Positions 7,270-15,773 are shown, counted from the first letter of the stretch. The stretch: DNA of 20,000 nucleotides from an uncultured virus (IMG/VR IMGVR_UViG_2848843299_000006) (IMGVR_UViG_2848843299_000006); one strand, 5' to 3'. The notes: generated by a model from the sequence alone, not told the origin. Numbers and translations: made by a program.

Positions 7270-7998
7270 CTACTTAACCTGCCTGCGGAAACTTTCCCAG
7301 GTGAAATTGATAACGGTCGGTGACCCCATTCTCAGGCGGTCAATAACTCGGTCACCCAATGCTTTTGCCAGTTCGTCAAAATTGAGATTGGTCAGCACAC
7401 CTACCGGTTTTTTATTCGATAACCGGCGGTCTACCACCTGAAAAATAATCAGTTCTTCGTTCAGGTTATTACGCTGTACGCCGACATCATCCAGCACCAG
7501 TAAATCCACTTCGCACAGGTCGCTGATCAGCTGCGACTCCGTAGTTTTCGCCCCCTTCTGGTATGTTTCACGGACACGCATCATCAGGTCTGGCAGAGTG
7601 GCAATCAGAATGCTTTTCCCGTTCCGGATTATCTGGTTGCCGATGGCCGCTGCCAGATGGTTTTTACCGGTGCCGGGATTACCGCTGAAAATAAATCCGC
7701 CAAATGATTTACCAAACTCAGCTGCGTACTGCTGTGATTTACTGAGTGCCCGCTGTTGCTCCGGCGTTGTCGCCAGATAGTTCTCAAACGTGCATTCCTG
7801 GTGTAACGGTCTGATACCGGAACGCCCCATGATTTTATGCAGTCGAGCCACACGGTTTTCGTCAGCAATCCGTTTCGCATCGATAGCGCCCTGCTCACGC
7901 TGCCACGCCATCAGCTCAGCAGCATTCGTGAATTTTGGCTTGATGTGCTCCGGCTTCATGCGGTTAAACCTCTCCAGAGTCTGTGCTGCTGTTGCCAT
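7270..7998 (-). CDS. dnaC: DnaC-like helicase loader (AAA+ ATPase)
   Basis: Walker A GNPGTGKN, Walker B LLVLDDVG, GRSGI, TNL and DRL motifs; follows the initiator gene. Confidence 0.9.
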   Translation of the reverse strand: MATAAQTLERFNRMKPEHIKPKFTNAAELMAWQREQGAIDAKRIADENRVARLHKIMGRSGIRPLHQECTFENYLATTPEQQRALSKSQQYAAEFGKSFGGFIFSGNPGTGKNHLAAAIGNQIIRNGKSILIATLPDLMMRVRETYQKGAKTTESQLISDLCEVDLLVLDDVGVQRNNLNEELIIFQVVDRRLSNKKPVGVLTNLNFDELAKALGDRVIDRLRMGSPTVINFTWESFRRQVK

Positions 7999-8789
7999 CA
8001 GAAGTCCTCCGGTATGAATTGCTGAACACGCTTAGGCCGGACAATGCGCGACCGTGTTGGTGGTGATTTCGGCATAAACAAGCCAGTCCAGCCGTTTGAT
8101 ATCGATTCGTCGATTACGCTCTCAGGTGTATACCCTGCCTCGTAAAATTTAGTCAGCCTGGATATCAGCCCGTTTAGTGTCTGTTTTGTCCTGATCGGTT
8201 TTTTCAGGTCTTTCCGGTAGGTAACCCAGCTCACCCAGGTATCACGGCTCAACCAGTCAGGCAGCGGGTGTGCATTTGCATCAAAGGGTTCTGGCTTGGA
8301 CGGTTTTTCAGGTTTAGGGGATATAGGGGTATATATATTTTCTTTTTTCTTTAAAGTATTTCTTTTGTGTGTCTCCAAACCAGAGACATCATTTGTCTCT
8401 AACTTAGAGACTTTTTTTGTCTCCAGATTAGAGACAGTGTCTCTAAGTTGATTTTTCCACACCGAAACCTCCTTGTTGACACCAATCTTATTGCCATCTT
8501 TCACGATGTAATTCATTGAAATTAATTCGTTCTTTGCCTTGTTAACGTTCTGACGGGACAGGCCGGTAATTTCTGACAGCTGAGAATCTGTTATCCGGTC
8601 ATTTTTCTTCCCGAACCCGTATGTTTTTCTGATCAGTGCCAACATTACCCGGAACTGTCTGGCTGTCAGATTGCAGCATGAAAGAGACTCCAGCAGTTCG
8701 TTGGCGAGTTTAGTGTAACCATCGTCCAGGTCTGCCACTCGTGGTTGCTCCTGCTTAACAGGGAATTCATACACTTCCGCTGTATTCAT
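7998..8789 (-). CDS. O: Replication initiator protein O
   Basis: VADLDDGYTKLANELLE, RKTYGFGKK; C-terminal W..YRK...SISNGWTGLF; internal iterons; GGAGG RBS. Confidence 0.9.
   Translation of the reverse strand: MNTAEVYEFPVKQEQPRVADLDDGYTKLANELLESLSCCNLTARQFRVMLALIRKTYGFGKKNDRITDSQLSEITGLSRQNVNKAKNELISMNYIVKDGNKIGVNKEVSVWKNQLRDTVSNLETKKVSKLETNDVSGLETHKRNTLKKKENIYTPISPKPEKPSKPEPFDANAHPLPDWLSRDTWVSWVTYRKDLKKPIRTKQTLNGLISRLTKFYEAGYTPESVIDESISNGWTGLFMPKSPPTRSRIVRPKRVQQFIPEDF
8371..8444. repeat. Replication origin iterons
   Basis: Three 17-bp palindromic units GTCTC-N7-GAGAC at 8371, 8395 and 8419 (24-bp period) plus a half site at 8439, next to an AT-rich tract at ~8330-8366. Confidence 0.85.
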
Positions 8790-8839
8790 AGCGACCTCCA
8801 TATCTTTGTTTTGTAATTACTTTCATGTATAATTACTCC

Positions 8840-8972
8840 GTTAATTGCTGTATCAAAAAAGGGAAACTTTATGTTTCCCTCTTTTCAACAACACTGGCTA
8901 TTGATACAGTATAAATATTAAGTGCTTTTCTTAATGCGCCTCTGCTGCTCCAACAGTCGAGGCGTTTTCTTT
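8840..8972 (+). ncRNA. OOP-like antisense RNA to cII
   Basis: TTGTTT-16-TATAAT (8806-8833) on the + strand. Hairpin GCGCCT...AGGCGT-TTTCTT overlaps the cII 3' end, as for lambda oop. Confidence 0.5.
8892..8911. promoter_or_regulatory. Putative LexA (SOS) box
   Basis: CACTGGCTATTGATACAGTA = CTG-N10-CAG with consensus-like flanks. Confidence 0.6.
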
Positions 8973-9257
8973 GATTCTCATCTGAGAGAGTTCACCAATC
9001 TGCTTCCACAGAAACCGATACTCCTCCTCACTGATTTTCCTTTCGCCAGGCAAAACAAAATCCCTGATACCGGCTGCGGCCAATGTCTCGCATATCTCCG
9101 GTAACTTTTCTGTTCTGCGCAGGATTGTTGAATCGTGAACACCGAGTAGTTTTGCAACGACCGTCTGTGTGGTGTTTCTGATTGCCTGATGAGCGGTTGT
9201 CATCAGATGATTTGACACAAACCGGTTGAACGATTTGCGTGGATTTGCATTTTCCAT
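8931..9257 (-). CDS. cII: CII-family transcriptional activator
   Basis: HTH-like TQTVVAKLLGVHDSTILR, lies between cro and O; AAAGGA RBS before ATG 9257. Confidence 0.8.
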   Translation of the reverse strand: MENANPRKSFNRFVSNHLMTTAHQAIRNTTQTVVAKLLGVHDSTILRRTEKLPEICETLAAAGIRDFVLPGERKISEEEYRFLWKQIGELSQMRIKENASTVGAAEAH

Positions 9258-9325
9258 AATGTAAATTCCTTTTGGTATAGATAGTCCGTAGCTCACATCC
9301 TGTGAGGTAGTTTTATATGTAAATC

Positions 9326-9379
9326 GTCACTTTATCAGTGACTCCGTAGCAGCTAACAGCTCTGCGATTGTTAAAGAAC
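9326..9379 (-). promoter_or_regulatory. nutR (boxA + P22-type boxB)
   Basis: boxA GTTCTTTAACA just after the cro stop; boxB GTCAC-TGATAAA-GTGAC (9326-9342). Confidence 0.75.
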
Positions 9380-9387
9380 CAGGGTAA

Positions 9388-9597
9388 CTACATATACCTC
9401 TGCGGATACAAAATCTGCATTTCAGTGATTTTTTTTTCGTAAAATTTCACCAATTTTTCAGCAATCTCAAGTGATGCCGTCTGAGCACCACGCTCCAAAC
9501 GACTGAGGTTCCCGACATCGTAGTTAATTGCGGCCGCCACCTCTGCAATTGTTAATTGCTTTTCCAAACGAATTTTCCTTAAAGGCGTTATTTGCAT
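9388..9597 (-). CDS. cro: Cro-like HTH regulator
   Basis: 69-aa XRE HTH (LTIAEVAAAINYDVGNLSRLERG), divergent from cI. Confidence 0.88.
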   Translation of the reverse strand: MQITPLRKIRLEKQLTIAEVAAAINYDVGNLSRLERGAQTASLEIAEKLVKFYEKKITEMQILYPQRYM

Positions 9598-9614
9598 ATC
9601 TCACTCCACCTTGA

Positions 9615-9676
9615 ATGCGCCATACGCATATTACCATATACTTTGATATGCGCAATACGCTTTGTGTGAGACGCAT
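9615..9676. promoter_or_regulatory. OR operators and pR
   Basis: 15-bp sites of pattern ATGCG-N5-CGCAT at 9615 (perfect), 9648 and 9662 (degenerate). pR candidate TTGCGC-16-TAATAT on the minus strand. Confidence 0.75.
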
Positions 9677-9696
9677 AAATAAAGTTGAATGATAAT

Positions 9697-10344
9697 ATGA
9701 AAATAGGAACAAAAATTAGAGCTCTCAGAAAACAGAAGGGATTAACAATCCTGCAATTGGCCACTGCTATTGATAGCGACGTGGGGAATATCTCTCGCCT
9801 TGAAAGGAATATCCAAGGCTACTCCGAGAGCACATTAACAAAAATTGCGGCTGCTCTTGGTGTCACGGTAGCCGACCTATTCTCCGATACCACTACACAG
9901 CAACAAGATGATAATGTTGAGTTTGTTGGATTCGTCCCCAATGGCATGGTTAAAGTAGTTGGGGAAGCATTCCTGGGGATTGATGGCGCAGTGGATATGA
10001 TAGAGGCCCTTGAGGGATGGGTTCAAATTTACAGCGATGATAAGGACGCTTATGCCCTCAAAGTTAAGGGTGACAGTATGTGGCCTAGGATTCAGTCAGG
10101 TGAATATGTGGTTGTTGAGCCCAACACAGTAGTCAGATCCGGCGATGAGGTCTTTGTGCGCACTGTTGAAGGTAAGAATATGGTAAAAATACTGAATAAA
10201 ACCAGAGACGGTAGTTACCAATTCACCAGCGTCAACAATACTCACCCGCCAATCACAGTCGATCCACGTGAAGTGGAAAAAATGCATTATGTGGCTGCGA
10301 TTGTAAAGCCGACTAAATTTATCGATAAGTGCGAACAATCATAA
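9697..10344 (+). CDS. cI: CI repressor (XRE HTH + S24 peptidase)
   Basis: N-terminal HTH (IDSDVGNISRLERN); C-terminal LKVKGDSMWP and MVK catalytic Ser/Lys. Start may be 9685 or 9697. Confidence 0.93.
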   Translation: MKIGTKIRALRKQKGLTILQLATAIDSDVGNISRLERNIQGYSESTLTKIAAALGVTVADLFSDTTTQQQDDNVEFVGFVPNGMVKVVGEAFLGIDGAVDMIEALEGWVQIYSDDKDAYALKVKGDSMWPRIQSGEYVVVEPNTVVRSGDEVFVRTVEGKNMVKILNKTRDGSYQFTSVNNTHPPITVDPREVEKMHYVAAIVKPTKFIDKCEQS

Positions 10345-10382
10345 GCCAGTATTGATAATCAAACATGTTCTAAGGACAAACT

Positions 10383-10724
10383 ATGGCATTCAATGACACT
10401 GAAGTCGTACAAATTAAACAATGTATGAACTATTTCATGGAAAAGCGTCGTCCACCAAAGCATATCCGGGATGAACATGACCTTCAGTATCGTATTGAAG
10501 ACGATAGCGTAATCATTTTCGAGGTTAGACAACTGTCTTGGAGCACAGGGCGTGCAGAAGAAATGCTTGCCAAAATAACAAACAACAGAAACAGCAACTC
10601 GTGGTCCCTGTTCTGGTCTACTGAGAATAATGAATGGCGACACTATGACGGTCGAATGATAGGCAGTTTTTCTGACGCAATAAAAATTATTGATGAAGAT
10701 GCAGATCATCGATTCTTCGGCTAG
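10383..10724 (+). CDS. DUF3024-like protein
   Basis: RRPPKHIRDEHDLQYRIEDDSVIIFEVR...W..Y...IDEDADHRFFG; AAGGA RBS. Confidence 0.8.
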   Translation: MAFNDTEVVQIKQCMNYFMEKRRPPKHIRDEHDLQYRIEDDSVIIFEVRQLSWSTGRAEEMLAKITNNRNSNSWSLFWSTENNEWRHYDGRMIGSFSDAIKIIDEDADHRFFG

Positions 10725-10785
10725 CAGTGACCTGGCGACACGTTTTAGGGTACGGTGCATTAAGGGTGTATTTACAAATCACGAT

Positions 10786-10814
10786 TTGAACTATCACAAA
10801 AGTACTGTGATAAT
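10786..10814 (+). promoter_or_regulatory. Promoter with overlapping inverted repeat
   Basis: TTGAAC-17-GATAAT; TATCACA-N7-TGTGATA at 10792-10812. Confidence 0.65.
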
Positions 10815-10828
10815 GATCAGGTAAAATA

Positions 10829-11764
10829 ATGGAACTGAATGAAGCAGAAACTGACGATATGAAATTTAGAGTTGTTTATGATGGGCCCGCCTTAGACAAC
10901 CATGAAATGGATGTAAAGGACTTGGTTCCAGCACTGATATCGATGTCAGCATTGTTCGAAGAAGCTGGCAGGGTTATCTATGGCGACGATGTCAAGGTTT
11001 CTGTCAAAGTTAAAGCTTCCTTTAGATCTGGGTCATTCGGCATTGATTTAACCGCTGTTACTAGCTGGCTCAACACTGCAATAGAGTTTTTTTCAGGAAA
11101 GCCCGGCACGGCAACAGCAAATCTTATTGCAATAGTTGGATTTTCTACATACGCAGGAAAGCAATCATACAAAGGGTTACTTCAGTTACTAAAGTGGACA
11201 AGAGGAAGGCCCATAACTAAAATTTCTCCTATAAAAAATGGTGGCGTAAAAGTCTTTATCGATGAAAGTGAGGAAATATTTGAAAGAGAAGTAATTGAGT
11301 TATATAAAAATATTAATATTAGAAAATCCCTGAATGAGATAATAACCAAACCGCTAGAAATCGATGGTATAACCAGCTTTGCCGTAACGCTGGATGAAGG
11401 AAGCACCTTTATTACTGTCAGCAAAGAAGAATCATCATACTTTTCAATTAGTTCAATTGAAGAAGTTAAGCTATCTGAATCTGAATCAGAAAAAATCCTA
11501 CAAATCATTAATCTATCATTCAATGAGTCTAACAAATGGCGATTTAGTGATGGCTCATATCCATTCTTTGCCGACATATCTGACCCTGAATTTATAAACA
11601 AAATGAACACCAGGGAGCTTAATTTTTCAAAAGGTGACATGCTTCTTGTTAATTTAAAAACCACACAGGTATTAAGTGATAGCAAAATAAAATCAAAATA
11701 TGAAATCACTAAGGTTATAAAGAAAATAGACCCGCAAGAACAGATCAAGATTCCATTAAACTAA
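10829..11764 (+). CDS. 311-aa hypothetical accessory protein at the rex position
   Basis: Long AT-rich ORF with its own promoter and terminator; no function recognised. Confidence 0.85.
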   Translation: MELNEAETDDMKFRVVYDGPALDNHEMDVKDLVPALISMSALFEEAGRVIYGDDVKVSVKVKASFRSGSFGIDLTAVTSWLNTAIEFFSGKPGTATANLIAIVGFSTYAGKQSYKGLLQLLKWTRGRPITKISPIKNGGVKVFIDESEEIFEREVIELYKNINIRKSLNEIITKPLEIDGITSFAVTLDEGSTFITVSKEESSYFSISSIEEVKLSESESEKILQIINLSFNESNKWRFSDGSYPFFADISDPEFINKMNTRELNFSKGDMLLVNLKTTQVLSDSKIKSKYEITKVIKKIDPQEQIKIPLN

Positions 11765-11771
11765 TCCACCC

Positions 11772-11796
11772 AGCCCTCCCCGCGAGGGCTTTTTTA
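11772..11796 (+). terminator. Intrinsic terminator (timm-like)
   Basis: AGCCCTC-CCCGC-GAGGGCT-TTTTT. Confidence 0.85.
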
Positions 11797-11798
11797 TA

Positions 11799-11996
11799 TC
11801 AATTATCGCTCATCAGGTCGATAGCAACCTCATAGACCTCATTCATAAATCTGTCTATTTCTTGTTCTTTATGGGAGTACAGCAATTGCCTGATATTTCC
11901 TTTCGTTATCATCTGCCGTGAATCCAGTAACATAATAGCCGCTCTGCCTGTTACTCTGCATACTTCACTGTAAATCAGTTCTCGTTCGTCACTCAT
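11799..11996 (-). CDS. 65-aa hypothetical protein (weak DUF2767-like resemblance)
   Basis: GAGGTG RBS; IYSEVCRVTGRA motif. Confidence 0.65.
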   Translation of the reverse strand: MSDERELIYSEVCRVTGRAAIMLLDSRQMITKGNIRQLLYSHKEQEIDRFMNEVYEVAIDLMSDN

Positions 11997-12185
11997 TCAT
12001 CACCTCTGTATATTTATTCAACAATAACATCCACAGCAGCGCTTGGACAGAAAATAATTGTATATTTTTTGTTCCATTTTATGTGATCTACGCCAGATTT
12101 TGACGATTTCAAAAAAGACAAATCATCAATAAAATCAACAACATAAATATATTAAATCTTATCTAACATTACCCAATGTCTGAAT

Positions 12186-12220
12186 ATGCGCTTGACGCAT
12201 TTGCGTAAAATGCATATTAT
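12186..12220 (+). promoter_or_regulatory. pL promoter with OL operators
   Basis: TTGACG (12192-12197), 17 bp, TATTAT (12215-12220). Operators ATGCGCTTGACGCAT (12186) and TTGCGTAAAATGCAT (12201) match the OR pattern. Confidence 0.85.
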
Positions 12221-12250
12221 CGTATCCATCAACGGAACACAGCACGTTGG

Positions 12251-12317
12251 CGCTCTTTAAAAACGATGATAGCGAGCTGTGCATTGGCTGTCAGAACGGT
12301 GACGCTGATAAAGCGTC
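12251..12317 (+). promoter_or_regulatory. nutL (boxA + P22-type boxB)
   Basis: boxA CGCTCTTTAAAA; boxB GACGC-TGATAAA-GCGTC (12301-12317). Confidence 0.8.
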
Positions 12318-12393
12318 AACCTTCTCAGAAGGTTTCGGGATTGAAGCAAAGCATGATTGTACCAATCACCAAAGCCAACTGTTTGGAGGAAAT

Positions 12394-12702
12394 ATGGCAA
12401 TAATCATAGTGAAAAAATCACGCAAACCTGAATTTTTACGTGGTAACTCAGCAAACAGACGTCACGCCAGGAGAAAGGCTGAAGCGATTGCCCCCAAAAA
12501 TGTAAAAATGAAGTTGGAGGAAATATTCAGAACTGAACCGGACAAAAGTCCAATGAACCGGGTAGAAAAAGCCACATCAGCATGCAGTACCCCGATTTAC
12601 GATTCACCGGATAACTGCTGCTTAAACACTACTGCCCTGTATTCAACTAAGCGATATAAGTCAAAACCAAAAACAGAATTTGGTATCACGGCCAAAGCAT
12701 AG
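12394..12702 (+). CDS. N: Early antitermination protein N
   Basis: First pL gene; arginine-rich motif GNSANRRHARRK resembles P22 N (GNAKTRRHERRR); GGAGG RBS before ATG 12394. Confidence 0.8.
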   Translation: MAIIIVKKSRKPEFLRGNSANRRHARRKAEAIAPKNVKMKLEEIFRTEPDKSPMNRVEKATSACSTPIYDSPDNCCLNTTALYSTKRYKSKPKTEFGITAKA

Positions 12703-12730
12703 CCCATCCTATGAATGGGCTGACCAAGTA

Positions 12731-12940
12731 TTACTTAAGGTAGAGCAAGTCCAGTGCTGCTTTCTCTGCATCTTCTGGCTCATCAAATGACTCCAGAATG
12801 TGCGGGTACCTTGCTGCCTGACTCAAACTTTTAATATTTTTCTCAATTTCGGATTTTTGCTCGGTAGTCAGCGCGTCAAAAATTGATTTTAGCAAAATAT
12901 GCTGCGCGTCCAGACGCTTTGCAATCACTTCATTATTCAT
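12731..12940 (-). CDS. 69-aa hypothetical moron protein
   Basis: ORF opposite to the pL operon, converging on hairpin GCCCAT-N8-ATGGGC at ~12702-12721. Confidence 0.6.
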   Translation of the reverse strand: MNNEVIAKRLDAQHILLKSIFDALTTEQKSEIEKNIKSLSQAARYPHILESFDEPEDAEKAALDLLYLK

Positions 12941-13088
12941 CTTATTTATCTCATTTTATAGGGTTAAAAGCATCTTAACGGATTTCTATCTGTAACACAC
13001 GGCACCTCATCTGATATGGTTAAAAGCAGACACTTCACCCCATCACATTTACGGTGGATGTTAGGTTAAATAAAACAGGAGATGGATA

Positions 13089-13256
13089 TGACGTGTAGCA
13101 ATAAGTACTGCATCGACTGAATTGAGCTCATCACATGTTGCTCAGGCAGAGGCGTATGCCGGAAGCTGCTGCAAAGAGTGCAACAATGAGAACATAGAGC
13201 CAACAGATAAAAGCATTTTTGATTACCTAAAATATATCGGGTGTCTTGGCGTCTGA
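13089..13256 (+). pseudogene. Degraded Cys-rich phage gene
   Basis: AGGAG RBS, then MTCSNKYCID*IELITCCSGR..., continuing in another frame as CCKECNNENIEPTDKSIFDYLKY; internal stop plus frameshift. Confidence 0.45.
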
Positions 13257-13294
13257 CAGCCCAGGAGACGAGCACCCAGTCAGTAATCTGAAAT

Positions 13295-13558
13295 TTATAT
13301 TTTCTGCTTCAGAATAGAATAGTAACAGTCTGATATCTTAATTAGATTAACTCCGGGGCGGACGCTGGATTCAACAACTTCCAAAACATCTTTATCAATC
13401 AAACGCTTTGCTGCTTTTTTATAAATTCTGATTTTCCTTTTTTTGTATTTTCCATTAAGAAAATATATCAGTAATGCGCGTTCTTCATCATCGAAATTTT
13501 TTATTACTTTGGGAGCTTTTATGAATCGAAAAATTACTTTTTTTATTAGCTCACTCAT
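13295..13558 (-). CDS. Basic hypothetical protein, possibly SieB-like (C-terminal part)
   Basis: GGAGAG RBS. FDDEERALLIYF...AKRLIDKDVL recalls the SieB C-terminal region, and the position antisense after N matches sieB. No TM segment. Confidence 0.5.
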   Translation of the reverse strand: MSELIKKVIFRFIKAPKVIKNFDDEERALLIYFLNGKYKKRKIRIYKKAAKRLIDKDVLEVVESSVRPGVNLIKISDCYYSILKQKI

Positions 13559-13703
13559 TATCTCTCCATAATCCATTGAACATCCGAATAATATTCTAGC
13601 ATAAATTAACATATGATCTTACTGAAATTTTAACTTTTCTCTCAATGCTGGGATAACTATTCAGACATCACGTAGCACAGGGAAGTGTATAGGAGGAAGT
13701 AAC

Positions 13704-14252
13704 ATGCCGATGTTTAAAGTAACGTGTAAATGGAACGGAAAGCCATGGGAAAAGGATATCGAGGCCGAAGATGAGGCCGACTGTACAGAACACATGTATC
13801 TGTTCGGTGTACTGATTGGCAAAGCCGATATTCAAGACCTGCAATTAACTGAGATAAAGGAGCAAAAAACAATGTCAGGGCACCCACATGCAGACCTGAT
13901 GGCTAAAGCCGCAGAGATAGCGAAGACGGATAAAGAGTGGTATTCACAATTTCAGCGCCTGATTGGCGGTGAATGGCAGTCCCCTATCGCCGAGTTTGTA
14001 TTTCTACCTGAAATAGAATACCGCATGAAGCCGCGCTATATCGACATTAATGGATATCAGGTTCCAGAACCGGTGCAGGAGCCACTGGAGTACGGAACGG
14101 GTTACTGTGTTGTGGGTCTCGATGGTATTGATTATCAACGCTGGTGCGATGATGAAGACGATGAAAATCTACTTAAACAAGGACGCATTCACCTAACCAG
14201 AGAAGCGGTAGAAGCCCACCATTCCGCCCTGATCTCTTTCACACAAAAGTAA
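13704..14252 (+). CDS. Hypothetical phage protein (possible fusion of two ORFs)
   Basis: AGGAGG RBS at the start; second AAGGAG RBS before internal MSGHPHADLM (ATG 13872). Confidence 0.75.
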   Translation: MPMFKVTCKWNGKPWEKDIEAEDEADCTEHMYLFGVLIGKADIQDLQLTEIKEQKTMSGHPHADLMAKAAEIAKTDKEWYSQFQRLIGGEWQSPIAEFVFLPEIEYRMKPRYIDINGYQVPEPVQEPLEYGTGYCVVGLDGIDYQRWCDDEDDENLLKQGRIHLTREAVEAHHSALISFTQK

Positions 14253-14292
14253 CCCCCTCTATCCCACTTCGGGGTATCAGCAGGTAAACAAC

Positions 14293-14469
14293 ATGAAAAC
14301 TAAACCTTGTCGCGCTGCGTGCGGTTCTGACGTGGCGTGCATCTCTATGCCATTTTTACGCCTTGCCCGATGTGCGGCAAGGGTAGCGATATCCACCGGA
14401 AAGTCCCGCATTTGGGATCTGGCTAACCAATTACAGATGAGAGCTTACGGGAGAAAGATATGTCGCTGA
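14293..14469 (+). CDS. Kil-like small protein (58 aa)
   Basis: MKTKPCRAACGSDVACISMPFLRLARCAARVAISTGKSRIWDLANQLQMRAYGRKICR. Position and helix pattern suggest the Kil family. Not in the ORF track. Confidence 0.45.
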   Translation: MKTKPCRAACGSDVACISMPFLRLARCAARVAISTGKSRIWDLANQLQMRAYGRKICR

Positions 14470-14636
14470 TGACTGCAAAACAAAAACACGCCAAAGAACA
14501 GGTTATTGAGTTGTTCAATCAGGCTGACATGGATGAAAAGCATATAGAGCAGATTGTGTCGGAGTGGCGTTGGCGCAGGGAGAACGCTAAAACAAGCCGC
14601 ATTCTCCATCAATGCAGAATGAGGCTACCGGCATGA
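14460..14636 (+). CDS. 58-aa hypothetical phage protein
   Basis: MSLMTAKQKHAKEQVIELFNQADMDEKHIEQIVSEWRW...; GGGAG RBS; ATGA overlap with the next ORF. Confidence 0.6.
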   Translation: MSLMTAKQKHAKEQVIELFNQADMDEKHIEQIVSEWRWRRENAKTSRILHQCRMRLPA

Positions 14637-14797
14637 ACACATACACAATACAGGATGCTCAGATAGAACGGCAACGGATTGCCGAACAGCGCAGGAAACG
14701 AGAGCAGAAAGAAAATGATGATTACTGGTTTCGTGAAAGTGTCGGATTGCCAAACGGACGGGTACCGGCAGAATTTTTAAGCGGAGAATTCACATGA
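14633..14797 (+). CDS. Hypothetical phage protein
   Basis: MNTYTIQDAQ..., ATGA-coupled at both ends. Confidence 0.6.
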   Translation: MNTYTIQDAQIERQRIAEQRRKREQKENDDYWFRESVGLPNGRVPAEFLSGEFT

Positions 14798-15156
14798 TGG
14801 AATATCCACGCCGCATAGGGAAACGTTCAGGCTCCGGCGGGACGTATGATGAAAATTATCAACGCGCCCTGAAATCAGCAATTGAGCAAATGGATTTGCA
14901 ACGGCGGGGGAAACCGACCGGAGAGCCTTCACTGTCAGAGCAACGGGTTGCCGAGACACTTTACAACATCTGCCGTATCACCGCCCTTCATTATCCCCCA
15001 CTACCTGAAAACATCAAAGCAGCACGGAATGCTGCTGAGACACAGGCGTGGAGAGAATGGAGGACAGAACATGGAAAAGCTACTGGTGTCGGTGGTGTTG
15101 ATTATTACGGCGGTGGGCGTGCGGAATCACGCCCTGGCCAAAGATTGGGGGATTAA
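14794..15156 (+). CDS. Hypothetical phage protein
   Basis: 120-aa ORF with GGAG RBS, directly upstream of erf. Confidence 0.65.
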   Translation: MMEYPRRIGKRSGSGGTYDENYQRALKSAIEQMDLQRRGKPTGEPSLSEQRVAETLYNICRITALHYPPLPENIKAARNAAETQAWREWRTEHGKATGVGGVDYYGGGRAESRPGQRLGD

Positions 15157-15158
15157 TC

Positions 15159-15773
15159 ATGTCTGAAGTCTATAAGGCAATAAGTGCCGTAGCCAAGGAA
15201 CTGGCTGAGACAGGCATCAAAAAAGGGAGCAGGAATTCACAACAGGGGTTTATGTTCAGGGGTATCGACGCTGTATACAACGCACTTGCCCCGGCGCTGG
15301 TTAAGCATGGCCTGATTATCCTTCCTCGCATTATGGAGCGTTCTGTCACGGAGCGACAGACACAAAAAGGCGGCACCTTATTTTATGTCGTGGTGAAGGC
15401 TGAGTTTGATTTCATTGCCACGGAAGACGGCAGCAAACACACAGTGACTACCTTTGGCGAAGCTATGGATAGCGGGGACAAGGCAACCAACAAAGCAATG
15501 TCTATCGCCTATAAATACGCAGCTTTCCAGGCATTTTGCATTCCCACTGAAGAAACTGCAATTGATGCTGACGCAGAAGTTCACGATGTTGCCCCGCGCA
15601 ACCACGAGCAGATCCTGAGTGACTATACCGAATTTCTTAATGTCACAAGTGACACAAAGACGATTGAGGCTGAATACAGAAAAGTGTGGCAAATGCTGAA
15701 CGGCAGCGACAAGCAGGATGAATGTAAACGACTCACCGGCATCAGGATCAACGAACTTAAGCAGGCGGCATAA
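15159..15773 (+). CDS. erf: ERF-family single-strand annealing protein
   Basis: N..QGFMFRGID.V, GEAMDSGDKATNKAMSIAYKYA, DAD motif. Confidence 0.85.
   Translation: MSEVYKAISAVAKELAETGIKKGSRNSQQGFMFRGIDAVYNALAPALVKHGLIILPRIMERSVTERQTQKGGTLFYVVVKAEFDFIATEDGSKHTVTTFGEAMDSGDKATNKAMSIAYKYAAFQAFCIPTEETAIDADAEVHDVAPRNHEQILSDYTEFLNVTSDTKTIEAEYRKVWQMLNGSDKQDECKRLTGIRINELKQAA

Noticed and set aside
8371..8444. 24-bp periodic palindromes as a CRISPR array
   Set aside because: Only three units with 7-nt spacers, in frame within O and with no cas genes; these are origin iterons.
11182..11748. 188-aa minus-strand ORF and similar long antisense ORFs (4419-4910, 15378-16003)
   Set aside because: Shadow frames of well-supported genes, without RBS or recognisable motifs.
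12006..12021. SOS box upstream of the 65-aa gene
   Set aside because: CTG-N10-CAA breaks the invariant CAG half site.
12247..12393. N-terminal extension of N in the ORF track
   Set aside because: This stretch is the nutL leader; the real RBS precedes the ATG at 12394.
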